A DNA stretch of 32,000 nucleotides, taken from the NCBI GenBank assembly GCA_963718915.1, contig CAVRAI010000015.1, forward strand, positions 1,012,981 to 1,044,980, given 5' to 3'. Position numbers and translations under genes: made by a program. Under the pieces are notes generated by a model, which saw nothing but the letters and a program-made list of their open reading frames with translations, was not told where the DNA came from and searched no databases. The stretch comes from an uncultured Chloroflexia bacterium. GTDB taxonomy: Bacteria; Chloroflexota; Ktedonobacteria; Ktedonobacterales; JADMIN01. This document shows, piece after piece, positions 7,798 to 16,867 of this stretch (positions are counted from its first letter, which is position 1; each line of letters begins with the position of its first letter).

Positions 7798-9265
7798 ATG
7801 GACTTCCGCTATGATGAGATACAGGGCCACAGCGTGATGCGCCGCCAATCTATCTTCTCTTTACTCAAGGTCGCCACACGCCGCCAGACATATTTCAACC
7901 TGGCGTACCTCATCGCGGCGTTTCCGCTGGGTCTCTTCTACTTCGTCTTTCTCGTGAACTGCTTCTCCGTCGGCGTCGGCACCGCCATCATCGGCGTAGG
8001 ACTTCGTGCTGCTGATCGCGACGCTGCTCGTCGCGTGGGGATTCGCGACGTTCGAGCGCGAACTGGTGATGTGGTGGCTCAACGTACGCATCGCGCCGAT
8101 GGCCCCGCCCGCGCAGCCTGATACCTCGCTCTGGAATCGCTTCGTCCGCATGCTGCGCAACCCCGTCACCTGGAAGAGTCTCGCCTATCTGCTGGTCGAG
8201 TTTCCGTTCGGAGTCTTCAGCTTCGCCTGTGTCGTTTCGCTCTTGTCGCTGGCGATCAGCCTCATCGTGAGTCCACTGGCGTATCTGGCGCGGTTGGCGC
8301 TGGATAGTGGCATGGGTGATCAGTTCGTGATTGGGTGGGGTTCGGGGTATGTCATCAGCGGCTTGCCCTTCCCAGTGGCGCTCCTGATGACCCTCGTGTT
8401 GAGTGTGATTGGCTTTGTCCTGCTGATTGGCGCGCTCTACGCCTTCAATGGCCTGGCGTTTGTCTGGGGCCAGTTTGCCCGCCTGATGCTTGGCATGAAC
8501 GACAACGCGCAGCGGTTGGCCGAGGCTCAGGCGACGGCGGTCCGCGAACGGACGCGCGCTGAACGCGCCGACCAGAGCAGGCGCGCGCTGATCGTAAATG
8601 TCTCGCACGAACTGCGCACGCCCATTGCCAATATTTCCGGCCATGTCGAATCGTTGTTGATGTCCGAGAGCCAGAGCGCCAACGAGGAGAATACGCGACA
8701 CTATCTGGAGATCGTGGCGCGGGAGGCGGAGCGGCTGAGTTCGCTGGTAGACGATTTGCTCGCGCTGGCCCGCGCCGATGCCGACGAGTTGAAGCTAGAT
8801 GTGCGTCCCATCGCGGCTGGCGATGTTGTCGAAGAGGTGTACCAGTCGCTTGCGCCGCTCGCCATGCGCGACCGCCAGGTGAAGGTGGTGCGTAGCGTCG
8901 CGCCTGAGTTACCGCCAGCGCTGGCAGACCGCGACCGGTTGGCGCAGGTGCTGCTCAACCTTGTGCGCAACGCCATCACCTATACCCCTTCTGGTGGCAT
9001 CGTCTCCATCAGCCTGAGCCGTGAGGATGCGAGTCATCTCGCGATTACCGTCGCCGATACCGGCATCGGCATCCCTCCTGAAGACCTCGCCCGCGTCTTT
9101 GACCGTTTCTACCGCGCGGACGCCTCGCGCACCCGCGCATCTGGCGGCTTTGGTCTGGGGCTTTCGATTGCGCGCGACCTTGTGCAGGCGATGGGTGGCA
9201 CGATCAGCGCCGCCAGCGCGCCAGGGGAAGGCAGCCAGTTCCGCGTCGTGCTGCGAACCGCGTGA
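7798..9265 (+). pseudogene. sensor histidine kinase with a duplicated membrane 'putative sensor' N-terminal domain; reading frame broken near 7999-8006
   Basis: ORF 7798-8121 (good RBS GGAGA at 7786-7790) encodes YFNLAYLIAAFPLGLFYFVFLVNCFSVGVGTAIIGVG and then turns into Arg/Ala-rich nonsense. ORF 8006-9265, one frame over, continues sensibly: (F)VLLIATLLVAWGFATFERELVMWWLNVRI. It contains a second copy of the motif (WKSLAYLLVEFPFGVFSF), the H-box VSHELRTPIANI, N-box LLNLVRNAITYTP, G1 DTGIGIP and G2 GGFGLGLSIA. Removing one nt (for example C8002) restores a single 488-aa ORF. Confidence 0.8.
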
Positions 9266-9322
9266 GTGGTATACTCTCCCCATGGCGTGGTTGGTTCCGC
9301 GCCGTATGGGAGAGCACGGGCG

Positions 9323-10066
9323 ATGGCGACGGTTCTGCTCGTCGAGGATGAGGTAGACCTCTGCAACCTCATCAAAGGACATCTTGAGGGCGAAGGATAT
9401 GCTGTTCTACAGGCCTTCGACGGCCCAACGGCGCTTGCGCTTGTAGAGCAACACCGTCCCGATATGATCATCCTCGACTGGATGCTGCCCGGCATGGATG
9501 GCCTCGCCGTCTGTCGCCGCGTGCGCCAGTCCCATCTCATGCCCATCCTCATGCTGACCGCCCGGTCGGAGGAGATTGACCGGGTGCTTGGCCTGGAGGT
9601 CGGCGCGGATGACTACGTGGTGAAGCCATTCAGCATGCGCGAGTTGCTGGCTCGCGTCCGCGCGCTGTTGCGGCGTGTCACCCTCGATGCGCTGAGTCCC
9701 GCTGCAAGCGGACAAGCGGCAGAGACGCCCGCGCCGGTAGCTGACGCTGCGCCAGCAGAGGCCGATGCAGCGCCCACCGCCATTGTGCAGGGCCCGCTCC
9801 GTGTTGATCCCGCCATGCATGTGGCGACACTGGATGGCGCGGAGCTAGACCTTACGCCCAAGGAATTCGAGTTGCTGCAACTCTTTGTCGAGCATCCCGG
9901 TCGCGCGTTTAGCCGCGAGTTTCTGGTCGAGCGTATCTGGGGCTATGAGTACGATGGCTTCGAGCGAACGGTGGATACGCATATCACCCGGCTGCGCAAG
10001 AAACTCGGCCCCCTTGGCGACAAAATTATCACGGTTTGGGGTGTCGGCTACCGTCTCGTCCTCTAG
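9323..10066 (+). CDS. OmpR/PhoB-family response regulator
   Basis: Receiver domain: VLLVEDE..., DMIILDWMLPGMDG (phospho-Asp), KPF. C-terminal winged helix: LTPKEFELLQLFVEHPGRAFSREFLVERIWGYEYDGFERTVDTHITRLRKKL...VWGVGYRL. ATG 9323 with GGGAGAG upstream is preferred over the track GTG at 9266. A 40-aa Ala/Pro-rich linker separates the domains. Confidence 0.9.
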   Translation: MATVLLVEDEVDLCNLIKGHLEGEGYAVLQAFDGPTALALVEQHRPDMIILDWMLPGMDGLAVCRRVRQSHLMPILMLTARSEEIDRVLGLEVGADDYVVKPFSMRELLARVRALLRRVTLDALSPAASGQAAETPAPVADAAPAEADAAPTAIVQGPLRVDPAMHVATLDGAELDLTPKEFELLQLFVEHPGRAFSREFLVERIWGYEYDGFERTVDTHITRLRKKLGPLGDKIITVWGVGYRLVL

Positions 10067-10221
10067 TCTGTAACTTCCAGCCATACCTTCTTATAACTCG
10101 GCCACACCAGTCGTCACAAACACGCTGAGAGACCGTCACAGGTTCGACACACTTCGCACACATGCTGGCGTCATACTGTTTCCAGCGCCGCAGGAACAAT
10201 CTCTGAATGAGCGCTGGAGAT

Positions 10222-10257
10222 AGAGAAGTTAGAGAAGTTAGAGAAGACAGAGCAGAT
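10222..10257 (+). repeat. degenerate 9-bp tandem repeat (4 units)
   Basis: AGAGAAGTT AGAGAAGTT AGAGAAGAC AGAGCAGAT, immediately upstream of the GAGGAG RBS (10262-10267) of the DUF4097-like gene. Confidence 0.8.
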
Positions 10258-10275
10258 CGTCGAGGAGCCGACATC

Positions 10276-11249
10276 ATGATGAACGATACCTATTCCGGTG
10301 GCCCATCCGCCGACAACTATGGTGTTGACGGACCACCACCCGTACTCCCGCGTGAAGATGAAGAACATGGTCGAGAGATTCCGGCGTATGGCGGCGACGC
10401 ACCGCGCGAGCGCCATCGCCCACCAGGCTATGTCCGCTGGATTGCTGGCCTGCTCATCGTTTTTGTGGCGCTGGCGCTGGCTTGTGGTGGTATCAGCGCG
10501 GTGTTGGCGGCCATCGCGTTCAACAGCACGCCAGCCTCCGCGACCGTTGATAAGACGTTCAGCGTCACAGGCATCCCGACACTCGTGATTCATGGCGCCG
10601 CTGGCAGCGTGCATGTCAACCCTGGAACCGATGGACAGATTACTCTCCATGCCACCAAGCGGGTGCGCGCGCTGACCCATTCGCAGGCGCAGAGCGCGCT
10701 GGATGCGATCACTATTACGACGACACAGAGTGGCAATCAGGTCAATATCCAGGAAGACAATGCTGACATTGGCGGGTGGTTCTTCAATGGCTTCCAGCGC
10801 GCTCAGATCGACCTGACCGTAACCGCGCCAGCCAACACCAATCTGAACGTCACCGAGGATGCCGGAACACTCGACGCTACGGGCTTCACGGGCCAGCTCA
10901 CGACGCGAGTCAACGCGGGTAGCGCGACGCTGAGTAGCATGACGATGGCCAAGGGGTCGTCGTTGAGCGTCGATGCAGGCAGCCTGACGGTGGATGGCGC
11001 GCTCCAGTCCGGCGCCTCACTCATGGTGGAGGTCAACGCGGGGTCGGCGGATGTAACGCTGCCTCAGGCCACGAGCGCTCATCTCGATGCAACCGCCTCG
11101 GCAGGCAGCCTGAATGTAAATGGCTGGAATATCCCGAGAATCACGATGCCGCGAATACTTCGGCAAGTGGTGATCTGAATCCCAATCCGACTGGTACAAT
11201 CACGATTCGGGTGAGCGCCGGAAGCGCCTCACTCAACGCGGGAGGATGA
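10276..11249 (+). pseudogene. membrane-anchored DUF4097-like (beta-helical 'putative adhesin', LiaF C-terminal-like) protein; C-terminal frame break near 11134-11138
   Basis: One TM helix (WIAGLLIVFVALALACGGISAVLAAIAF) followed by repetitive strands (VNAGSATLSS.., VDAGSLTVDG.., VNAGSADVTL.., ASAGSLNVNG). The track ORF ends RITMPRILRQVVI*. The -1 frame reads ENHDAANTSASGDLNPNPTGTITIRVSAGSASLNAGG* (stop 11247-11249), which continues the repeat pattern. Start ATG 10276 is preceded by GAGGAG. Confidence 0.7.
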
Positions 11250-11461
11250 TGGCAAGATTTGCCGCTACTGAACTGCCGAAACATCGCTGGAGACGCCCAC
11301 ACCGGCGTCTCTAGTCGTTTTCCTCACGTGGATCCCAACCCTTGTCTCAGGGTGTCTCAGTCGCAATACCGCTCGTCTGATGTAACCTCCAGCGAAGAGA
11401 ACAGCAAATGGGCTGTCGGCTGCGACAGTGGGTATTGTCTGCCATCAGGGGAGGGCCAACC

Positions 11462-12031
11462 ATGCAGAAAGCGATGAACAGCAAACCGTCTCATCCCAGC
11501 CGCGCCTGGCTGCTGCTGCCGCTGCTCGTCTTCGCGCTGATCGCGCTCACCGTCGGCATCGTCGCGCATCAGACGGTGCGCTCGCCGTATAGCGTGCCAT
11601 TCTTCCATCTCTTCTTCAGCGATACGCTCCATATGAAAGTCTGGCTGGTGACGGCGGCGCTCGTCCTCGGCTTCTTCCAGCTTTTGACAGCCTCGCGGAT
11701 CTACGAGTTATTGCGCTTCCCGCCGAAGGGTCGCTTCTATAATATCGTCCATCGCTGGTCGGGGCGCGTTGCCATCGCTCTCACGGTGCCTGTCGCCTAC
11801 CACTGCATCTTCCTGCTGGGCTTCGAGATGACTGATACGCGCGTCTACATCCATTCGCTGCTCGGCTCGGCGTTCTATGGCGCGTTTATCGCCAAGGTGC
11901 TGCTCGTGCGGGTCAACCGCTTCCCCGCCTGGACGCTGCCGGTCGCGGGCGGGCTGCTCTTCTCGATTCTGCTGGGCCTGTGGATCACCTCGGCTGCCTG
12001 GTTCTTCAGCATCTCGGGCGTGGCGCTATAG
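11462..12031 (+). CDS. polytopic membrane protein with four conserved-looking His residues (b-type cytochrome / ferric-reductase-TM-like, DUF6529-like by eye)
   Basis: ATG 11462 is preceded by GGGGAGGG. TM segments carry His residues: DTLHMKVWLV, IVHRWSGRVAIAL, VAYHCIFLLG, YIHSLLGSAFYG. Functional assignment is inference only. Confidence 0.6.
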   Translation: MQKAMNSKPSHPSRAWLLLPLLVFALIALTVGIVAHQTVRSPYSVPFFHLFFSDTLHMKVWLVTAALVLGFFQLLTASRIYELLRFPPKGRFYNIVHRWSGRVAIALTVPVAYHCIFLLGFEMTDTRVYIHSLLGSAFYGAFIAKVLLVRVNRFPAWTLPVAGGLLFSILLGLWITSAAWFFSISGVAL

Positions 12032-12067
12032 GATCCTGGAACCAATGGATCCCAGGTTAACGTTCAT

Positions 12068-13741
12068 TCAGGCGTTGTTATCCTGATCTGTGCGTTTGTC
12101 TGGGGTGTCATCGTTAAGAGCCTTCGCGTGGATCACCTGTAGTCTTGCCGCCTCAGCAGTCGCGGCCTCAGCCTCGGCGGTACGTCCAAGCGCCTGAAGC
12201 GCTTCGGCTTTCAGTTTGAAGGTACGAGGCTCTTTGGGATCTATGTCATTGGCGAGCGCATGATCGAGCGAACGCAGCGCCTCTTCATTCCGCTCCAATT
12301 TGATGAGCAGCGCGCCAAAGCCTGCCCATGGCTCGGGCGCGGTGCGTTCCCACGTGGTCGCCTCGCGGAACGCTTCGATGGCCACTTCGTAGTCCGCGCG
12401 CGCCGTATGCACCAGACCCAGATACGTCCAGATCGCCGATGACCATGGATCGAGGCTTCGTGCGTATTCGAGCGCCTGCAGCGCCTCTTCATAGCGCTCG
12501 AGCGCGTAGAGGGCCTCTCCCTTCGAGATCCAGGCGTACTCATACGTCGGCTCGATTGCGATGGCTTTCTCCAGGAGCGGCAGTGCTTCCGACGGCTGGC
12601 CCATCCGCACGCGAGCAGAGCCAGCATTATTCCAGCCGACTGCCTTCTCGGGCGCCACATGTAGGAAATGTTCGTAGCATTCCAACGCCTGGGCATAGCG
12701 CTTCATGTGACTCAGAATCGCCCCTTTCGTGATCCATGTGTACGCATCCTCCGGTGCGTCCGTAAGCAACTGGTCGCAGCATGCCAGGCTTTCATCGAAT
12801 CGCTGCATGTCGGCGAGCGTTGACGCCTGCAGGCGGCGGATGGCGGCGCTTTGCGGATGCCACTGGAGGGCCTGCTCACTTGCGGCGAACCCGTCGGCAA
12901 ATTGCTCCAGACGTCGCAGGGCGCGGATCCTGTTGTACAATGCCGACTCAAACCCAGACTGCTCCACGAGAGCCTGGTCAAAGAACGCAAGCGCCTCACT
13001 CCAGCGGCCTGTGTTGAGCCCAATAAGGCCGGTGACATTGAGCGCATAGGCACTGTGGGGTTCAAGGCGGAGCGCGGCTTCGCAACAGGCGGTGGCTTCC
13101 ACATACTGCCTCAGATCGGCCGTATAGATGGCCGCCTTCTCCGCCCAACCTTCGCTGGAACTGGGCGCGCGAGCCAGGAACTCGTCGAGCGCCAAAAGGG
13201 CCGCGTCATAGCGTTTTAGTGCTCGCAGGGCGCGCGCCTGAATCCACCAGGGGTTGGCATCCTGCGGATTGAGGCGAGCGGCGATACCGCCCGCTTCAAG
13301 CGCTTCTTGCAGGCGGTCGAATCTTAATAGGGCGTTTGCTTTGTTTCTCCACATGAGAGAATTACGTGGGTCGAGAGAAAGGGCCTGCTCATAGCAGGCG
13401 AGCGCTTCTTCGTAGCGTGTGAGACCTGCGAGCGAAATGCCCTTGTTATTCCATGCCCAGGCGTACCGCGGGTTTATAGCGAGTGCTTGATCTGCCGCGC
13501 TGATGCCCTCATCGTACCTACGTAGATCGAAAAGCGCCCACGCTTTCTCATTCCATGCCTGAACGTTTCCTGGTTTACGGAGTAACGTCTTCTCGGCGCG
13601 CGTAAGTCGCCGCTCGGCCCGGTCAACTAGTACGTGGGATGCAACATTTCCAATCGGATCGTCATACTTTGCTGGCATGTTGTCGCTTGCCGGGCGTTTG
13701 CGGAACCATCCTGCCATCGAGTTTCCCTCAATATTATGCAT
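12068..13741 (-). CDS. tetratricopeptide (TPR) repeat protein
   Basis: 557-aa ORF made of more than 12 consecutive 34-aa TPR-like units (W..KG.AL..L.RY.EAL..Y..AL.L.P...A pattern repeated throughout). Confidence 0.88.
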   Translation of the reverse strand: MHNIEGNSMAGWFRKRPASDNMPAKYDDPIGNVASHVLVDRAERRLTRAEKTLLRKPGNVQAWNEKAWALFDLRRYDEGISAADQALAINPRYAWAWNNKGISLAGLTRYEEALACYEQALSLDPRNSLMWRNKANALLRFDRLQEALEAGGIAARLNPQDANPWWIQARALRALKRYDAALLALDEFLARAPSSSEGWAEKAAIYTADLRQYVEATACCEAALRLEPHSAYALNVTGLIGLNTGRWSEALAFFDQALVEQSGFESALYNRIRALRRLEQFADGFAASEQALQWHPQSAAIRRLQASTLADMQRFDESLACCDQLLTDAPEDAYTWITKGAILSHMKRYAQALECYEHFLHVAPEKAVGWNNAGSARVRMGQPSEALPLLEKAIAIEPTYEYAWISKGEALYALERYEEALQALEYARSLDPWSSAIWTYLGLVHTARADYEVAIEAFREATTWERTAPEPWAGFGALLIKLERNEEALRSLDHALANDIDPKEPRTFKLKAEALQALGRTAEAEAATAEAARLQVIHAKALNDDTPDKRTDQDNNA

Positions 13742-13993
13742 GAGTCATATGTCGTTTGCGTCCAATCATAACATGCGAGCAGTAGAGCGAGGAGATGAGC
13801 TGTTGACAACATCACCGGGCAGGACTTGTGGCGCTCATACGCGTAGAAATCGCCCGAATCTATGCCATCCAGGTGGCAAATGACAACGGGCGGCTGCGCC
13901 ACAATAATGGGGGATACTGGCCAATTTTGCTGGCAGGATTTGTCGGGATATGTGAAGAAACCTGGAATGTGGCCGAGGACGGTGCGCGTCGCC

Positions 13994-14218
13994 CTATGGA
14001 GTAGTGTCTTCCAGTGCGAAGCCGATTTCGAGGGTTGCCTGATAGACGATCACGCCGTTATCAATCCGCCCACGCAGCTCCTTGACTTCGAACCAGTCGA
14101 CATGGCGCAGCGTCTTCTGTGCGCGCCCGATTGCCGCTTTCACGGCGTCGTCGTACCCGATGGTTGAGGTTCCGACAAGCTCGGTCTTTTTATAGATTGT
14201 TCCGCCTGTGCCCGCCAT
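13994..14218 (-). CDS. dodecin family flavin-binding protein
   Basis: 74 aa: TIYKKTELVGTSTIGYDDAVKAAIGRAQKTLRHVDWFEVKELRGRIDNGVIVYQATLEIGF matches the dodecin consensus (VYK..ELVG.S..S.E.A...A...A.KT.R...WFEV.E.RG.I..G....YQV.L.VGF). RBS GGAGG at 14230-14226. Confidence 0.85.
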   Translation of the reverse strand: MAGTGGTIYKKTELVGTSTIGYDDAVKAAIGRAQKTLRHVDWFEVKELRGRIDNGVIVYQATLEIGFALEDTTP

Positions 14219-14437
14219 CTCCGCGCCTCCATTTATGCGGCGATACTACCCACGCCGCGTGTAGACACTCTGCTCATTGCGTTACGGTAATACACGCTGT
14301 CCGCAAAAACGGGGCCAGATTGTTGGAATGGATACCTTGTACCAGGCGAGTGTAGATACCATTGAGCCAGGAGCGACATATTCCTCTCTATGAGAGCAGT
14401 GCGTTTTCTGTTACACTCAGCCCACGACGACTGAGCG

Positions 14438-16189
14438 ATGATGTGGCGGGAGGTAGATAGCGTGGCTGTTGGAGGTGGCGAACTGCAAGGGCAGCAACTG
14501 GGCGTATTCGTGCTTCAGTCGCTGCTGGGGAGCGGCGGGATGGCTGAGGTGTATCGCGCCTTCGACCCTCGCCTCAATCGCATGGTCGCCGTCAAGGTAC
14601 TGCCGCCAATTCTGGCAGCCGATCCCAACTATGTCGCACGCTTTCGCACAGAGGCTCGCCGCGTCGCCGCACTTAATCACCCCCACATCGTTCCCGTCTA
14701 CCACTACGGCGAGGAGATGGTAAAACGTCAGCGGCTGCTCTACCAGGTCATGCCAATCCTGCGCGAATCGCTGCGTGACCGACTTGACCGTGAGGGGACT
14801 TTGCCGCTCGTCGAGGCTGGACGCATTGTCGTCGAGATTGCATCCGCGCTTGAGGCCGCCCATGAGATGGGACTGGTTCATCGCGATGTCAAGCCTGAGA
14901 ACATTCTGCTCGACCAAAAAGGGAAGGCGATGCTGACGGACTTCGGCATCGCACGCGAAGCGATGTTCCTGCGACGACCGGGGATGATGCAGACGTTGGC
15001 GGCGACAGGCCTGCCGGTGGGCACGCCCGAATACATGGCGCCAGAGCAACTGCGGAACGGGCCGGTAGATCAGCGCGCCGATATCTACGGGCTGGGGACG
15101 GTGCTCTATGAGTTGTTGACGGGCGTAGTTCCCCATGAGGCTGAAACCCCCTATGAGGTTGCCGCGCTGGTTCTCACCGCGCCGCTGATACCGCCCTCGA
15201 AGCACAATCCGAATATCAGCCGCAAGCTGGAGGCGACAGTCATGCGCGCGCTGGCTCGCGACCCAGAGGATCGTTTCCCCGATGCGCGCAGCTTTGCCGA
15301 GGCGCTGGCAGCGGCAATCGCCGAGCCAGATACAGTCTCAGTGCCGACAGTAGGGGCCTGGCCGCGCAAGACATATCGTTTTGAAGCAGTGCCGACGGCG
15401 GCGGCGCCCTCTCGGCGCAAGCGGGGTCGCGGGGGATCCTCCGGTGGCGGGCGAAATGGCGTAGGCGCTGGCTCATCGCCCTGGCGCGGCGGGCGTCGCT
15501 GGCTCCTCATCGCTATGGCAGTTGTATTGCTGCTGATTGGCTCGCTCGCGGGGAGCGCGCTGGCTTCCCGGACGGGGTTCGAATGGCCGTGGCTGGCGAA
15601 GAGTCAGCCGATTATCCTGCCGATGGCAACGGCAACGGCGACGGCGACATTGCTGCCGACGGATACGCCGCAACCCACGGCGACGTTACAGCCCACCGCT
15701 ACGCCGCGGCCGACGGCAACCGCGACACCGCGGCCGACGGCAACCGCGACACCGATACCCGTGGGCACGGGCCTCACTGGCTCCTATTTCTCGAACAGGG
15801 GTCTCACCGGAAGTCCCGCGATGACGCGCACGGACGCGACCATCAACTTCACCACGTGGGGTTCCTCTCCACCGATCCCAGGAGTTGCGAGCAATTTTTC
15901 CGTGCGATGGACGGGATTCGTGGTACCGCTTTTCTCCGAGACCTACACCTTCACGACGCTCTCCGATGATGGGGTGGAAGTCATCATAAACAACCAACCT
16001 ATCGTCGACAACTGGACTGATCATAGCGCTACGTCGAACTCTGGTTCCATCACACTTTTGGCGGGCAAGCACTACGCCATCACGGTCCAGTACTATCAGG
16101 GTGGAGGGGCCGCTGTTATCCAGTTGTACTGGCAGAGCCAGAGCCAGGCGCAGCAGATCGTCCCGCAAAGCCAGCTTTTCCCGTCATAG
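14438..16189 (+). CDS. Ser/Thr protein kinase with one TM helix, a Pro/Thr-rich linker and a C-terminal PA14 domain
   Basis: Hanks kinase motifs: GSGGMAEVYRA, AVK, HRDVKPENILL, DFGIA, GTPEYMAPE. TM helix RWLLIAMAVVLLLIGSLAGSAL. Linker (PTATxxPT)n. C-terminus LTGSYFSN..FSVRWTGFVVPLFSETYTFTTLSDDGVEVIINNQPIVDNW..GKHYAITVQYYQGGGAAVIQLYW matches the PA14 pattern. Confidence 0.9.
   Translation: MMWREVDSVAVGGGELQGQQLGVFVLQSLLGSGGMAEVYRAFDPRLNRMVAVKVLPPILAADPNYVARFRTEARRVAALNHPHIVPVYHYGEEMVKRQRLLYQVMPILRESLRDRLDREGTLPLVEAGRIVVEIASALEAAHEMGLVHRDVKPENILLDQKGKAMLTDFGIAREAMFLRRPGMMQTLAATGLPVGTPEYMAPEQLRNGPVDQRADIYGLGTVLYELLTGVVPHEAETPYEVAALVLTAPLIPPSKHNPNISRKLEATVMRALARDPEDRFPDARSFAEALAAAIAEPDTVSVPTVGAWPRKTYRFEAVPTAAAPSRRKRGRGGSSGGGRNGVGAGSSPWRGGRRWLLIAMAVVLLLIGSLAGSALASRTGFEWPWLAKSQPIILPMATATATATLLPTDTPQPTATLQPTATPRPTATATPRPTATATPIPVGTGLTGSYFSNRGLTGSPAMTRTDATINFTTWGSSPPIPGVASNFSVRWTGFVVPLFSETYTFTTLSDDGVEVIINNQPIVDNWTDHSATSNSGSITLLAGKHYAITVQYYQGGGAAVIQLYWQSQSQAQQIVPQSQLFPS
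15704..15751 (+). repeat. perfect 24-bp tandem duplication inside the kinase PT linker
   Basis: CCGCGGCCGACGGCAACCGCGACA occurs twice back to back (15704-15727 and 15728-15751), encoding PRPTATAT twice. Confidence 0.9.
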
Positions 16190-16606
16190 CCATGCGGCGT
16201 CTCTTGCGGCTTCTGAGTGCCATCAAGGGCATCTCGTGAACCAGTATAGCAAGCATGTACAAACGAGAGATTGCTCCCAAGAAGGCTGCAGTCGCTGCCT
16301 TGATTCTTCATTTGTCTGCATCGGGAGCACAACATTGGGGGGGTGTGGTGTCCGGGTAGCAGGTTTCACATCGTCGAATCTGTCTTGACTGCACGTCTTC
16401 CTTCAGCTTGGATACAGCGTATTGCCTAATATTGAGACGACACGTAGAACATGGCGCTTTAACCCGTTGCGCCCTACGCAATGTATACTGAACACAAAGC
16501 TACAAACAGCTACACACGGCTCAGACGCCCTGCCGGGGACTAGAGGACGTGGGGGAAGGCTGGACATGCAGACGCGAGACGCAGCCTCGAAGTAGCCCAA
16601 GGGCGG

Positions 16607-16867
16607 TCACCTGGATGTGGGGCGATCACGAACTTCTTCACGGAACCACACAATCCCCGCCAGTGGTGGCAGCGACTCTTTGCCGAGTTGGTGGGCGCTG
16701 ATGTCATCGGTGCGCCGATAGTCTAGCGACTTGTGGATGACAGGATAGCAACCGATCGTGAAGATCCAGCACTCTTGCGGCATGTTGTTCCAGTCACTAA
16801 AAACATTCCACCAGATACGGCCTGCGCGCTGCCTGCCCTTCGGCGGCGGGCAACTCATATTTGTCAA
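16607..16867 (-). pseudogene. possible relic of the C-terminus of a type IIG/ISP restriction-modification enzyme (or PglX-like methylase)
   Basis: 86-aa ORF: ...NMPQECWIFTIGCYPVIHKSLDYRRTDDISAHQ...LAGIVWFREEV resembles the C-terminal signature vPeevW.F.IGGYqV..KWLkdRkgr.Ls.eDi.Hy..iv.al.eT..lm.eID recalled for those enzymes. Upstream sequence has no matching long ORF. Weak, memory-based similarity. Confidence 0.3.

Noticed and set aside
10222-10257. Short tandem repeats (also 15704-15751 and 31401-31437) considered as CRISPR arrays
   Set aside because: Units are 9-24 bp and directly abutting, without unique spacers. No cas genes are present.
14417-15205. 262-aa minus-strand ORF; also 7988-8701(-), 27611-28183(-), 165-698(+), 2998-3546(-), 12241-12696(-), and others
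   Set aside because: All lie antisense to genes with strong domain signatures or strong RBSs. They are Arg/His/Cys-rich and start without RBSs, so they were treated as shadow ORFs.
15576-15584. GGTTCGAAT, a tRNA T-loop-like string
   Set aside because: It lies inside the kinase coding frame (encoding G-F-E-W). No acceptor, D or anticodon arms can be drawn around it.
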